Source of the DNA: Hormiphora californensis
Taxonomy: Eukaryota > Animalia > Ctenophora
Length of the DNA: 64,000 nt
Direction: 5' to 3'
Assembly (NCBI GenBank): GCA_020137815.1
Contig: CM035350.1
Location: 6,138,001 to 6,202,000, forward strand
A program made the translations under genes and the position numbers. Positions within the stretch are counted from its first letter, which is position 1. Every line of letters starts with the position of its first letter. Shown piece after piece: positions 49,128-61,797 of this stretch. Under the pieces are notes generated by a model. It was not told the DNA's origin. It saw only the letters and a list, made by a program, of their open reading frames with translations, and made no database searches.

Positions 49128-49481
49128 ATGACTAATGGTATCCGGGAGCCCCAGGCTCTCCGAACACTTCACTACATTCACACTGCTGCCCTGCTCTCTC
49201 CCTCCCCCACTGTATCATCCAACCTCCTTGAGGGGGCCGTACGAATCAAGGAGAAGCACCAAATGAGGACAACACCAGACCTCAAGCGGGGCATGTGCTC
49301 CAGATGTAAACTCCCTCTGGTGGGAGGAGTGACGTCACGAGTTAGAGTCAGGAGGAACGGTGGAGGTCAGCTCAGCAGGAAGGTGACCTGTGGGGGATGT
49401 GACACAACTAGGAGGTACCCTGTGGTGAAGGATAGCAAGGAGCTGAAAATAGAGCAGGCTCCAATCCGGCACCTCACTTGA
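49128..49481 (+). CDS. RPP21: RNase P protein subunit Rpp21/Rpr2
   Basis: LHYIHTAA...KRGMCSRCKLPLVGGVTSRVRVR...VTCGGCDTTRRYP (two CxxC motifs). Confidence 0.85.
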   Translation: MTNGIREPQALRTLHYIHTAALLSPSPTVSSNLLEGAVRIKEKHQMRTTPDLKRGMCSRCKLPLVGGVTSRVRVRRNGGGQLSRKVTCGGCDTTRRYPVVKDSKELKIEQAPIRHLT

Positions 49482-49986
49482 GAGCTAGCCCCAGTGCAGC
49501 ATCTCTCAAGTGGAGATAACAATAGGTTTAACTCGAGAGGATTGGAGGCCGGGTATGGGGCCGAGGATACTGCGAGGAATGAAGATAATTTAATTTATGT
49601 AATTTCTAATCCTACTCCTTAAATCATAATGATTTAATCTTGGCTCGTCATTGTATCACATTAACGTTACAACTTACAAGTTACTTCTTCATTTTCTAGA
49701 ATTCGATGAATCACCTTACTCCCAATTTGTTCCTACTAAAAGTAAAAGTATCCCAGCTGTTACACACTATTTTACTGCATATAGTGCCTTTATAACACAT
49801 CTGCAGTATTCAACGTCTTCCCTCTCTATCTAAACTCCCCTCTCTGGCCTAAATTCCCTCTCTCTCCGATTCCACGTGTCACACATCTCATATCTCTATC
49901 TAGCGTGTATTGAATGGCTTCCCTATAATAAGCACGACTTAGTGAGCCATGATGTGACTAGAGGATCACTCTGAGGATTATACAAT

Positions 49987-52319
49987 ATGCCTCGAAGAAG
50001 AACACACAGGTAACAGTGCTGCTTGTAGTCGTATTACCGTAATGGAAATACAGTAAGGAGACGTGCACGTTGCATAACGTGCGGCAAAAAGTGCATGTGT
50101 TCAGCACGTACTAGCGCCCTGATTGGTCACGGTTGTGCGTCGTCTTACTGTATCTCCGTTTTCCATTACCGTTTTTCCACTACAAGCGACCGTGTTACAG
50201 CTCAGTTCCATGAAACAAATATTGTAAACCTCGACAATCTCAATTTCCTAAATTCATGTATTTTCAGGATTTATCTGAAAAGGCGGCTCTCAACCTTTCT
50301 TTCTGTTTTTGCCAGTCTACTTCTAGTTGTCAGTTCTTGCATTTGTAACTGGGCAGTCCTCACGGTACGTATATATCTGTAATGGTGAATAAACATGACA
50401 TGTGTGAGAGTGAGAATACGAATAGGTTGATTGTTGATTGGCTGCGAAGTTTAGTTTTCTCCTTCCACAAGACATGTCCATGTCTTATTACTTATAGTTT
50501 CACTATTTCAGTTACCGGAGCACAAGTATGTTCCAAAGATTGGGGAATGGATTGGACCGGGTAATGTGACCTCATTTCGACTTGGCCTATTCAGAACCTC
50601 CCTGGGTCCCTGTAAGTCCACTAACTGTTTATATGTACAGTAGGTAATTCTTTATCACGCTTATTCACTGAAGCAGTTGGAATTATAGGGCTTGGTATCT
50701 TTCACTTATTGAGTTTAGGTTCTTCAGAAAAAAATAGGGCGTTTAAGATCTTTAGGAAAGAAAAAAAAGTTTTATATTTCTGTAGAACCCCTCTAAACAT
50801 GTATAACATAACGAACAGCTTGTGTGAGTTAGTAACCGCTTGCACATCAGACTCCTCGTCTTTCAAAACGATGTATTCCCTGTCGATGGATCTCTCTCGC
50901 TCTCCCCCCCCCCCCCCTCTCTCTCTCTCCCTCTATCTCTCTCTCTCTCCCCGCTTTCCCCAGTCCTTTCTTTCTAATATGCCGAGAACGGGCAGCAGAT
51001 GCGGTAACCACCTGTTTAATGGGGAGTGAGGGATATATAGGAGAACGAGAGAGAGACTTATATGGGTCTGACATTTAAACGACACCCATTAGCTCTCCCA
51101 TTCTGTTTCCTAACGTCTTCACAGTAATAACATAAATGCTCTCCATGATCCACACATATCACCTCGGTTCTAACATTCCATATAATACCTCTCCCCCTCC
51201 ACCTATTTCGAATCCATGACACACTAATGGCAACTATCCTTCAGATGATAGTCTCTTCCAGTTCGTTGGCGGAAGAGGGGAGATGTTCAAAGTAAACATC
51301 ACACTGAGCTTCCTTCTCCTTGCCTCCTTCTCCTCTTTTGTAGCTGGAGCATTGCGGGTAAATGCGAGGAGGAGAGAGGGGGAGAGAGAAAGTGATAGAA
51401 GATCTGAAATAATATTTATGTTCTAAAAGTTGTAAATTACCTATATTTTTCAGGATTATGCTTCAAGCTCTCATCGCCGCTGTGCGATTTTCAAAAGCTA
51501 CAAAGGATCGGCCCTCCTTAACGTATTTAGCGGTAAGTCTCTCTCTCGCTTTTTGTTGTCCTTTCCTCTCCTCTATCCTCCTCTTTCTTGCTTAGCACAG
51601 TTATTGTTGTGAAAATAGTACCAGGAGACCTGCATCTGAGGTACTGTCTGTAACGCGCGACATCATCCCAACATGCCTCCCCGCGCAGCACATATCACCG
51701 GACAACTGATCCTGCCGCAGTTGTCGGCGTAACTTGTAGCGCCTTGTCTGTGTCAGTCTGGCGCTCAGATCGGGCCCGGCGCCGCAAGACAAACAGAATT
51801 TGTTTAATTCCATCAGTGAACAACTACCAAAAAGACCAACTAAACTCTCTTATTTCTTCGCAGTTATTCTGATGATCGGAGCACTGGTAGTTTGGTTTTG
51901 GTTCGTGCACGGATTTACCCACGGCCCGGGAACTCTGGGGGCGAGACTACGATACGATCACTGTGTCTATATGATGCTAACATCGTCCTTTCTTCTTATT
52001 TTCACTATCGGTAAATCCCCCATAACCGATTGCTAGATTGTGGGTTACGAACCATGTACCGACTCACGTAGAGAATGAAATATGCATGACAAGGGGTCTA
52101 AATACTATGCCACCTGGCGACTTGTAACCTATTTTACTAAACGTGACCCTCCCCTCCCTAGGATTGGATTTTATATCTTGCAAGAGGATGTTCAGTTTAG
52201 AAAGGAGAACTACACGGAATGGTGCTGAATACTCTGATGTGATAAATGTCATTTCTCCCCCACCCTCAGATGAAGATTTGGCATCAATGTCTCCTCCCCC
52301 GCCTCCCTACACTCAATAG
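49987..52319 (+). CDS. Divergent claudin/PMP22-like tetraspan membrane protein with a C-terminal PPxY motif
   Basis: Phase-consistent exons 49987-50009, 50268-50364, 50512-50611, 51245-51357, 51454-51532, 51864-52010, 52162-52319. Four hydrophobic segments, W after TM1 then LGLFR; ends PPPPPYTQ. Confidence 0.7.
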
Positions 52320-52941
52320 TGCCCACACATACAGTGACATCGAACTCTTATTATCAACTTCACACAGTTTTCACGGCCTGGCGGGCCGATCCGATTTCAG
52401 TGCACTGTCAAAATAAATAAAATGGGGTCGGTGCCGCCAGACAGACACGATCTAATAGACAATCTCCAGCTTGCTTTTAAAATATTGATTAGTAAATTAT
52501 TTGTCAAAATCATTACGTGGATTATTTTGTTTTTTGAACCTTTGAAATCGGATGTTTTTAAATTCTTTAACAACAGCGGATTTTAAACGATGGGGCAACT
52601 ATTTTATACAAGTTTCAATAAAATCGCATCATATCTGCACAGTGTATGTGGGTATCCTTTAAGTCGCTACAATTCAAGATATCTCACTAATGTCTAAAAA
52701 GGGATTTCTGACTTATCTTAGCCCACCAAATACTCAACATGGTACTGATCCAGTACGATGATACAAAGTCTTTCTCTCTGTACAATCTATTTACATAACA
52801 CACACAAAATATACATTTAGTTGTACTCTGATCATATCAAATCATCTCCAATGCCATCCCCGTTCAAATGTCCACTTCATTACTCTCCCCATATTCCAGT
52901 TTAGATACAACCACCGTATTAGTAATACAGCAATCACCGTA

Positions 52942-55900
52942 TTACAGTGTTACTATCATTTGCTTCGGTGTTATCTGAGGGTGGAAGGAAAATTATAAAA
53001 CAAAGCCCTACACTCATCCCGCTATTTGAATTGGTAATGAAATTCCCCCTCTGCGCTAGCTCACCTATATGCAATAATAGGGGTGACTTCGTAACCAACT
53101 ATTTGAACCACTCAAACCCCATCTACAACTTGCAGTACACTAGCAGTATAACCTGAATTCATGCCCATTACTCACGGTTTGGCTGGTTTCTTTCTTCACT
53201 ATGGCGGGACTATTGAGGGTGACATTAAAGGACTGTTTGACCAGGGACTGGCCTGCCCAGTTGAGGTTGTACTGCCCAGGACCAGGTACATTACTGGGCT
53301 TCTCAACAAATCGGGGAGTCTGACTGACCAGGTTACCCTTGAAGTAGGGAGGTGCAGACGCGGAGGGGTCATAGGATCCTGGTCCTAGAGAGAGAGGGAG
53401 AGAAACGGTTAAGTATGACCTTAAAAGGGCTATAAAATACTTAAAATGAAATCAAATTACCTGGTACAAGAGGATCAGCTTCCTTGATTTGAACATCACG
53501 TGGAGGGGCAAATCGGGCGGAGGAAGAAAGGAAGGACCCTGCTTTGATCTGACCCGCCAGTGTCCTAGGCTGGGCCGTTGTCTTTCTAACTGTGGGGAAT
53601 ACATGGGTTAGCATATGAGGGATTTGAAAATATTATATGCAGTTCCCTCGGTTACACGCCGGGTAGCAGGATAAGTTCCCAACTACGTACTTTGTGTATT
53701 GTGGTAGGAATCCTGAACGTTGTAGCTACCAGGGGGAGGGATCTCTCTGTCAATATGGGCAGGTACTGTCACCCTCTTAGAGGTACTAGCAAACACAGAT
53801 GTTGGGTGAGCGGTTCTCCTCAGACTCTCCGCTATACGATTGCTATCCTGGATATAGTGGGACGGTCCGGGGAGATGCTTGTCCTCGTGCTTTGTGTAGG
53901 GTAATGTCCTCACAGCGGACGATCCAAAGACTCCCTTGGTAGAGCTAGACATGCTGAAAGGAAGTTGTTAGGGGTCACCTGATGATGACGGTATATTGTG
54001 CCACACACAATGTGTGTCAAATGTGTAGAGTAGCCATGGTTACGGTAACCAGTAGTCCGCGCCGCGCGGCACACGCCTTCCCCTCTCACGGAGTACTTTC
54101 AACAGAGGGAGGCTGATGCGCGTGCAGCGAACTAAAGTCTCTCTCAGAGTGGGTCCCCCTCTCTCCCCTCTCTTTTGATTAGATCAAAGCTTTTGTCAGC
54201 TCCCATGACTCTAAAACAATACACCGAGTGTGGTTCCCAGGGCGATCACTCACTGAGCTTTCTTCTGGATGTTGGTGTTTAAACTGGTCATCACATCCAC
54301 GTTGTATGTTCCAGGACCTGGTGCCACATTCTTCGATTTACCGAACCGGGTTGAGGTCTGACCAAATGGACTCTTTTTAAGACCACTAATCCTGAAAGTA
54401 TGGGGTATCATTAATACGAGAGTTTAACTAACTCTATAGAATAGATAATATAATAACTGTAATCGGTGTAATTAGGTACTTGTACATTTGTGGAACTAAA
54501 ATAACTAACAAAACACTGGATACTAAAACGGAAGTGAATTTAAATAACGTACTTTCTTAGCGACTCAAAAGCATTTCTCGGGTCGTTATACTGTCCAGGA
54601 GCTGGTGCGATGGTATTGCCACTGTTGAACCTCCTTGTGGTGGATCCGAAGGGTTTCGTCTCAAGACCATCAGCTATCATAGCAGGAGGTTTGTGAAGGG
54701 TTGATTTGACATTGTAAGTTCCCGGTCCGGGGGTGTTCTTCTTCTCCTCTTTGAGGGGAATCAACTCGTGGTAACGTGGGATCTGGAAAAAGAAGACAAG
54801 TCTTAGTGTTATGGTTCTCTACTATTGCACGTATTACCCCAAATAAGGCTTGCTAAAGTACTAATATGTATATATCTCTTACCCTAGATTCAAATTTCTT
54901 TGGTTTTCCACTCTCTGTGATGGTGAACTTCTCCTGGACTAAAGGCTCCCTGTGAGGGTCGTATTGACCTGGTCCTGGGTTGTCTTTACCTGGCAGAGAG
55001 AGATGTTAGGGCTGTACCTTTTAGAATGCTAATCCCAGAGATAGAATAAGAAAGCGAGTAAGAAATATGAAGGTAGAGAGATAGAGAGGGTGTGGCCTAA
55101 AACGGCATTTAATATGCTACAAGACTCAAGAGACATATTTTAATTATAATAGGTAAGGACATTAAGACTAATCTATATTATAATATATTCTTAGGCTAGA
55201 GCAGGGTACTATTTTGCTCGTTAAAAGTGCTCAGAGAGATAGAGAAAGAGATTAAATGCTCAGACACTACCTGGTACAAGTTCCCAAGGGCACTCATAAC
55301 CCTTACTCCATACTAAAAAAATAAATGTTTTTATATGAACAGCTGATTGCATCACAGCCAGATTTCTAACTTACAGTAAAATTTGAATCGATTCTCTGTC
55401 CTCTTTGACCAGTGGACTCCTTTGTATCGCTTCTCAGTGATAGTCTTGGAAGTGGCCGGGTCAGATTTATAATACGCTGGTCCAAGACTACCATCTCGCT
55501 CCGGTCCACACTGAGGAATCAGAGCCCCGTCAGTTCCCTCCTCATAACCAAAACTCTTTCCCGGACTAGGAATACTGGGCGGATCAAGTTTCCGCTTCCA
55601 GGTAATGTGACCCGTTCCCTCAAAATACTGCTCCTCCGGGAGAGGGACAGACCGGGGTTTGATCCATTGGAGATCGGTTGAGTAGGTTCCCGGACCGGGT
55701 GTATCGGGGACTCGCTCCCGGAATCGGGGTTCCATATTCCCGATGGTGCTACCACCTTTAGCACGATCCCTGGCCGACATTTCAGGGTAGTACTGACCAG
55801 GACCGGGGGCTAGGATGACGGTATCGGGTACATCCAGGAAGGTGGTACGGGGTGCCATCGAGTTGAAGGGAGCGTAGCCCTCTGAGAAAATGAGAGGTGT

Positions 55901-56115
55901 TATATTCAAATATCCAAATACACCCTGAGGGCATTGCAATCACGGGGAAGAAATGGAACCACACACACTGCCTCATGTTCACACAATACTAAGTACTTAC
56001 CTATCAGTGGTCTCCGGTCAGTGAACCGGTGATGGGGCTCGTAGGTTCCCGGTCCGACATGCTCCGGTATGTCCTTGATCGGCTCCGAGAGAGCTCTAAC
56101 GGCCCTGTCGTACAT
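52942..56115 (-). CDS. STPG2: Sperm-tail PG-rich repeat-containing protein 2 (SHIPPO-repeat axonemal protein)
   Basis: Starts MYDRAVR..HVGPGTY. Many PGPGxY repeats over several exons, plus PSIPSPGKSFGYEE and LGPAYY. Confidence 0.88.
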
Positions 56116-56242
56116 CGGAGCTATAATATAGAGGTAGGGAATGTGAGGTTTTACTTAGGATTTACATTACTTTGGGGAAAAGAGGTGGGAGAAAAGGAAA
56201 GCAGTGGAGAAGACAGCTGTTAACAATACCGCTACTGCAGTA

Positions 56243-56315
56243 TGGTAAACTGAGGTAATTGGTAAACTGAGGTAATTGGTAAACTGAGGTAATTGGTAAA
56301 CTGAGGTAATTGGTG
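56243..56315. repeat. 17-bp tandem repeat (GGTAAACTGAGGTAATT)x4
   Basis: Seen directly. Confidence 0.9.
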
Positions 56316-57301
56316 ATGCGGATCATGGGTACAGTTGACCATATATCGGGGCAAAGTGGACCAATAGAAATACGGGTGTCAGGTTCCGTTCTGCTCGTAA
56401 AACCGTCGACAGCTGTCATAATTTCCGTTTGTGTTGATTAATTTAGATATTTTGGTAAAAACTGAAAATTTCATTTTTTAAACCTGGTGTAAAAAAACTA
56501 GGAATTGACAATTCCCAGGTCAAAATCTTCGATTTTAGTATGTTCGTGGCAATGTGGGTATTTTTCGATTTTCAAAATGTGGGCTTTGTGAAATGCAGGT
56601 GACTGTGGGGCACGTTGGGCAGTGTAGGTACTAGGTAGTTCTGTGTGTTATAGCATCCCTTATTCTTCGCTTATTCTTCGCTTCAATACCACGTGACACA
56701 ACTGGTCTCATTATTCAAGATCTCGCCAGGTAAGTGTAGAACCAGTGTAAGTGTAGAACCATTGTGAAAGCTTGTACATTACGCAGTGTTGTGTGTTTAT
56801 ACACAGTTGTGTTTAGTTCTTTGTCCTCCATGTGGTATATGAATTACTAGATGTAGTAGTTAACAACGTTTTGTCCAGTCTTATGATGGGTTATATGATT
56901 TTGGATCGCGACTACTGATGGATTGCTGAGACTTGAGTTGTCTAGCAGCTAGCTTGATATAATTCTCACAATGATAAATCCTTTTTATTATGTGGACAAT
57001 TGAGAGTCTTTATATATCTGTCACGGTCGATCATTCGATCAACTTGAATGACCCTGAGTACAACGACTCTCAATTTTTCAAAGATCGATTACGGCCCTTG
57101 ATTACTGATGACTTGATTTAAATATTTTCTTGTAGTCTATTACCAGTCACTCGTCGTCGTCTTCTGTATCATGTTACACCCTCCCACAAAACTGGTGTGA
57201 ACAATGGAACAACATATTACCAGTCAATGTAGTGTTTACAGTTTGTTTACTGAATTGTTTGGAGTTAACAGTTTGTTGTGTAAGGTGTTTGGAACTCAAG
57301 A

Positions 57302-59661
57302 ATGAACTGGAAGTTTTGGAAAAAGAACGGACAAACGCCGGAAGAAGTCACTCCAATAGTTCAATCTCCGTCTAATCAGCCATCAAATGGAGATGAGCCA
57401 CGGTAAACATTGTTAGCCCCTGGACTGTGTGGTTCACACCACGCTCTGTGTGAGGGTTCCGTATTATATGAACCCCTGGAGTAAGAAACTAATGATGATC
57501 TAGTGGCATTATATTTTCAGGATCACAACCTCAGAGGTAATCCAGTATATTGGAAATGGGAGGTATCAAGTATTTGTCAATATTCTCATGGGAATGATAT
57601 CTTTTGCTGACGTTGCTGAAATTTATGTTACTGCCATTATCATACGTGAGTTGTATTTAGTACTGAACTGAAATCTCTTTAGCGTTTACAGCCCAAAGAA
57701 GCCCAAGAAAGTGAAGAAAGATGTAAAGTCGGATTTTTTGAAGTTGTCACCCCCCTTTTCATGCACGGAATGTTTTTGCGTGTCACATCACATGTTAACG
57801 TGTGGTGTGCACGTCAAAATTGATGAATTTCACATGCGTGGTCATTTTGGGGTGACAACTTCAAAAAATCCGACTTTACTTTAGCTAAAATAAATCGTAT
57901 CACTACTGACAACTTTTCATTTCAGTTGACCTGGCGTGTGAGTGGAATCTAACAGCCCTGCAGAAAGCGCTCATTCCAGCAGCCGTCCTAACGGGAGCTG
58001 CGATCGGTAGCTTCGTAGGAGGAAAAGTAGCGGACTCGTTCGGTCGAAAATCAATCCTCATCGCTGCATACTACTTGATCACAGTGGCCAGTATTGTCTC
58101 CATAACTGCTACAAATTACTATGTCTACATCGCGTCCAGGGCATTTTGCGGTAAGTTCATTTTCTACAAACTAAAGTCCCAAAATTGGTCCCCAAAAAAC
58201 CTAACATTGTCTACAGGGTTCGGAATTAGTGTGAGCTACCCTATCTCTGCGTGCTATATCCACGAATTCAGCGTTGTGAACCACAGGACCACCGGTGTGG
58301 TTCAATACCAAACTATTGGAGCCCTGGGAGGAGTCTACGCATGCGTTGTAAGCCTCTTTGTTATGGGTTTAGATAACGGTTGGAGGTGGGAGTTAACTTT
58401 AGTTTTGGTGCCTGTTGTGGTAACACTCATCGTCCTTCACTTTTCGGACGAGTCCCCCCGGTACTACCTGGCTAGTGGCCAGCAGGAGAAAGCAGTGGAG
58501 ATACTGAGGAAGATAGCGAGCACTAATGGAGTGGAGCTCCCAGATACCATGCTACCCACTGCGGTGGAGCCTCAGAGCACTAGTTACATGGAGGTCTACC
58601 AAGAACCACACACCAGGTAAATATAAGATATATCTTATCTTAAGATATATCTTATACGATATATCGTCTTATATCAGGGGGGGGGGGGTAAAACCAACTT
58701 TTACAAAATACGCCTCTTTCACAAACCCCAATTTGTTTTTCAGAATGTCAGTAATCATGACTTTTCTACACTTTTCTTGGGCTTGGTGTTATACCGGTAT
58801 CTGCTACTTTATTCCCGATGCCTTCACTTACGCCTACTGTTACCTTTCCAATTTCTTCCAATCAACTTATATTAGTGATGAGGGATGTATATTGTACACA
58901 AGATCAGAGTATCTGTTTTATTTGGTTATAGTGACAATCTTTATACCTGGAATCTTTATTGGAGGATTCAGCACAGGTAACAACACTTACAACACTAAAC
59001 ACCTTTAAAACTTACGGACACTATGTCCCGGATCCCCCTTCCTCTTTGACTTTCTTTAATAAACTAAACCTACCGAAAATGGGAAACCCCTGCACCCAAG
59101 TTAATACCTATTTTTGTCAATTCTTAGAGTATTTTGGCCGAAAACCGACTGCGATCTGGTCAAACTGGGCCTTGGTTGGTTTGTACATTTTACTTCTGAT
59201 CTGTGTTCACTGGACAATAACTCTCTTTATACTGGTTCTATGTTGTCTCATTCTTGGTGGTCTAACTGTTCTAATCTGGACAATGGGACCAGAGTTATAC
59301 CCCTCTCATATGAGGACAACTTCTAATGGCCTTCTAAACACTTTCAAGTACGTTTCTGAAGAGTTTATCAACAATGTTTTAGTATCTAGCAACCTAAATT
59401 AATAATTCCCTCAGCCGGTTGGGTGCTGCTGGTGGTGCCTTCTTTACTGAATACGTCGACCCGTACAACATGTACCTGGTTATCGGCACATACATCTTCT
59501 TTGAGATCATAACGGGGGTTGCGTGTTTGTTTATTAATGTAGAAACGAAGGGTCTACATCTAAAGGACACTGAGAAGGAGGAAACACATGTGGTGAAATC
59601 AAATGGGGCATCTCCTGAGCAACAGAGACGTGGTGATGAGTCGGCTGATGATAAGAAATGA
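57302..59661 (+). CDS. MFS transporter, SVOP/SV2-related
   Basis: Multi-exon. IGNGRYQ, LACEWNL, ADSFGRK, GWRW, DESPRYY, FGRK, PELYPSHMRT and VETKG motifs. Confidence 0.9.
57723..57879. mobile_element. Small MITE-like inverted repeat in a transporter intron
   Basis: GTAAAGTCGGATTTTTTGAAGTTGTCACCCC pairs with GGGGTGACAACTTCAAAAAATCCGACTTTAC (31-bp perfect inverted repeat). Confidence 0.8.
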
Positions 59662-59923
59662 ATTGTTGTTGAACACTTGTAAATTTTGTAAATTTCTTGA
59701 TTCTTATATTCCATCGTATTGTTTGTATTTTTAGCATGCAGTTGTCTGATCCATGATACATGGCCGTAGTATGTGCGACATGCGTAAGAATTGCTTTAGC
59801 AATAGCTGCTGGTCAAGGACGGGTGGAAGTAGAAAACTTTATCAAGCATGGCCAGGGATAGAAACAAGGGATGTGTTGCACGTGAGAAGAGAGAGAGGGA
59901 GAGAGAGAAAGAGAGAGAGAGAG

Positions 59924-59969
<46 letters not shown>

Positions 59970-60244
59970 GGAAATAAGTAGAGAGAGAGATAACACAACG
60001 TGTAATTCTGATATATACCGTCTCCATATGCAGTACACACAAGTGGAGATGGGAACAAAATGATTGCACATGCTATGATACACACAGTTAAAACGTTAAA
60101 ACACTTATGGCCAGCATAAAATGTCCCTGTTTTCAAATATATCCCACATCAACCAGATCACGTCAATACATGCACTTTATTTCCTGAAGAGTGCCCGCAC
60201 CACACACCCTGATCCCTGTACAATACAAAACACCCGACATAGTT

Positions 60245-61408
60245 CTACTTCCAGGGACAAGCAGAGGTAGCAGATCGCTGTGACATGTTACTCTGAGCCC
60301 TGCTCATTCCACCCAGTCTGGTGGGTGGTGCCATACTCTCCAACAGGGAGTCAAGAGTGTCCTGAAGGTGGTCCAAGTCATCCTCTGTGAATTCATTCCC
60401 CATGGGATGGACACTAACCGGCTGTACGCCCTGCTGTGCTTTTACCTTGGCTTTGGACACCTTCCCCTCGTTGTCCACCAGGCAAAGCTTGGGCAGGGGA
60501 CCCCGGATAATGCCGGTGGGAAACTTAGAGTAGAGGACCTTCATGCCACCCGACAACATGAACAAGTTATCCACGCCCCGCTCTATCATTGTAGTGGAAC
60601 ATGCATGGGCAATCCTCTCATCCTCGTCGTACAGGATGATAATCTTTCCCTCCTTGTTGACATACTCCAGGACAGCCTTGGTAAAATAGTTCTGAGCCCG
60701 GGACAACATGGCACTGGGGAAATTAACTGCTCCGATTATGTGGCACTGATCGAACGCATCACTGTCTCGTACATCAAGCAGCAAGTATGGTTTGGGAGGT
60801 TTCTCGGTAATTGTTTGTGGTACGTTTGTGTTCTTATTTTTGAGGTCCATCTCCCCGACACCTGATATTACTTCGCTAAACCGGGAATCACATGTCCGGT
60901 GTGTATCTGGTGTTGGTGGTAGCGTCTGCTCCTCTTCTTCCTCTTCCTCATCAGGGACGGGACTCAGGCCCGTAACATCTGATTCTGACACGTAGTTCTC
61001 AACCTGGAAATATAGAGAGAAAGTGATAGAATGTGATACTGTGAGTGGTGAGAGGGTTACAAATCACTGGTCACTGTCTGGCGCTGCGGACCCCATCTGA
61101 GTGTACTGCCCAGAATCAAATCGGGGTCTGGCACCGCCAGACATACTGTTCAGAACAGTGTTCAGTTTTCAAGGGGTTTTATTTACCTGGAGAACTAGCT
61201 GTATAAAAGTGGAAACTTTCATCCGTTTAAATATCTCGCCCTGTTTAAACTTGTAGTTATTCTTCACGTCCTCGACCTTTCTGTTGTATTTGGACATACT
61301 CGATCCAGTGTCAAGGCGAGATGAGACTCTGCTGTATCTAGGATTCTCGTGAATCTTCTTGTCCATAACTGAAGACGTCCTTCCTTTGTGTCCAGATGCG
61401 AGAGACAT
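60245..61408 (-). CDS. CEP41: Centrosomal protein of 41 kDa (rhodanese-like domain)
   Basis: Exons 61408-61187 and 61003-60245. NPRY..SRLDTGSSM, EIFKRMKVSTF, YLLLDVRD..CHIIGA, IILYDEDE, NLFMLSGG. Confidence 0.93.
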
Positions 61409-61797
61409 GACTGATTGCTAAAAACTGTGGAAAGTGACAATAATTAGTGTTACTATCACTCATGGGCCAGTTGATCAATTTGAACCATGTGATCCTGGAG
61501 GGTATTGTGCCGGTGGCCAGGTGACCACTAGAGAACCACGTGGAGCGGGTTAATTCTGCACCCAGGCACCCTCACTTTTTATTTTGGATCATTTGCAGTA
61601 TGTTCATATTTATAAGCTATCCAAAAGTCCCAAAATTTAATAAAGAATGAAGGACAAACGTTTTTGGTAATAGAGAGTTAAAATATGATAATTTAACAAT
61701 TGGAATTCAACGCACATACTTTCAAATCAAAATTAGAGTAATTAAATAAAACTCCTCGGGTTCTATATTTCACTCTCTGGGTCTTCCTTTTGATTGT

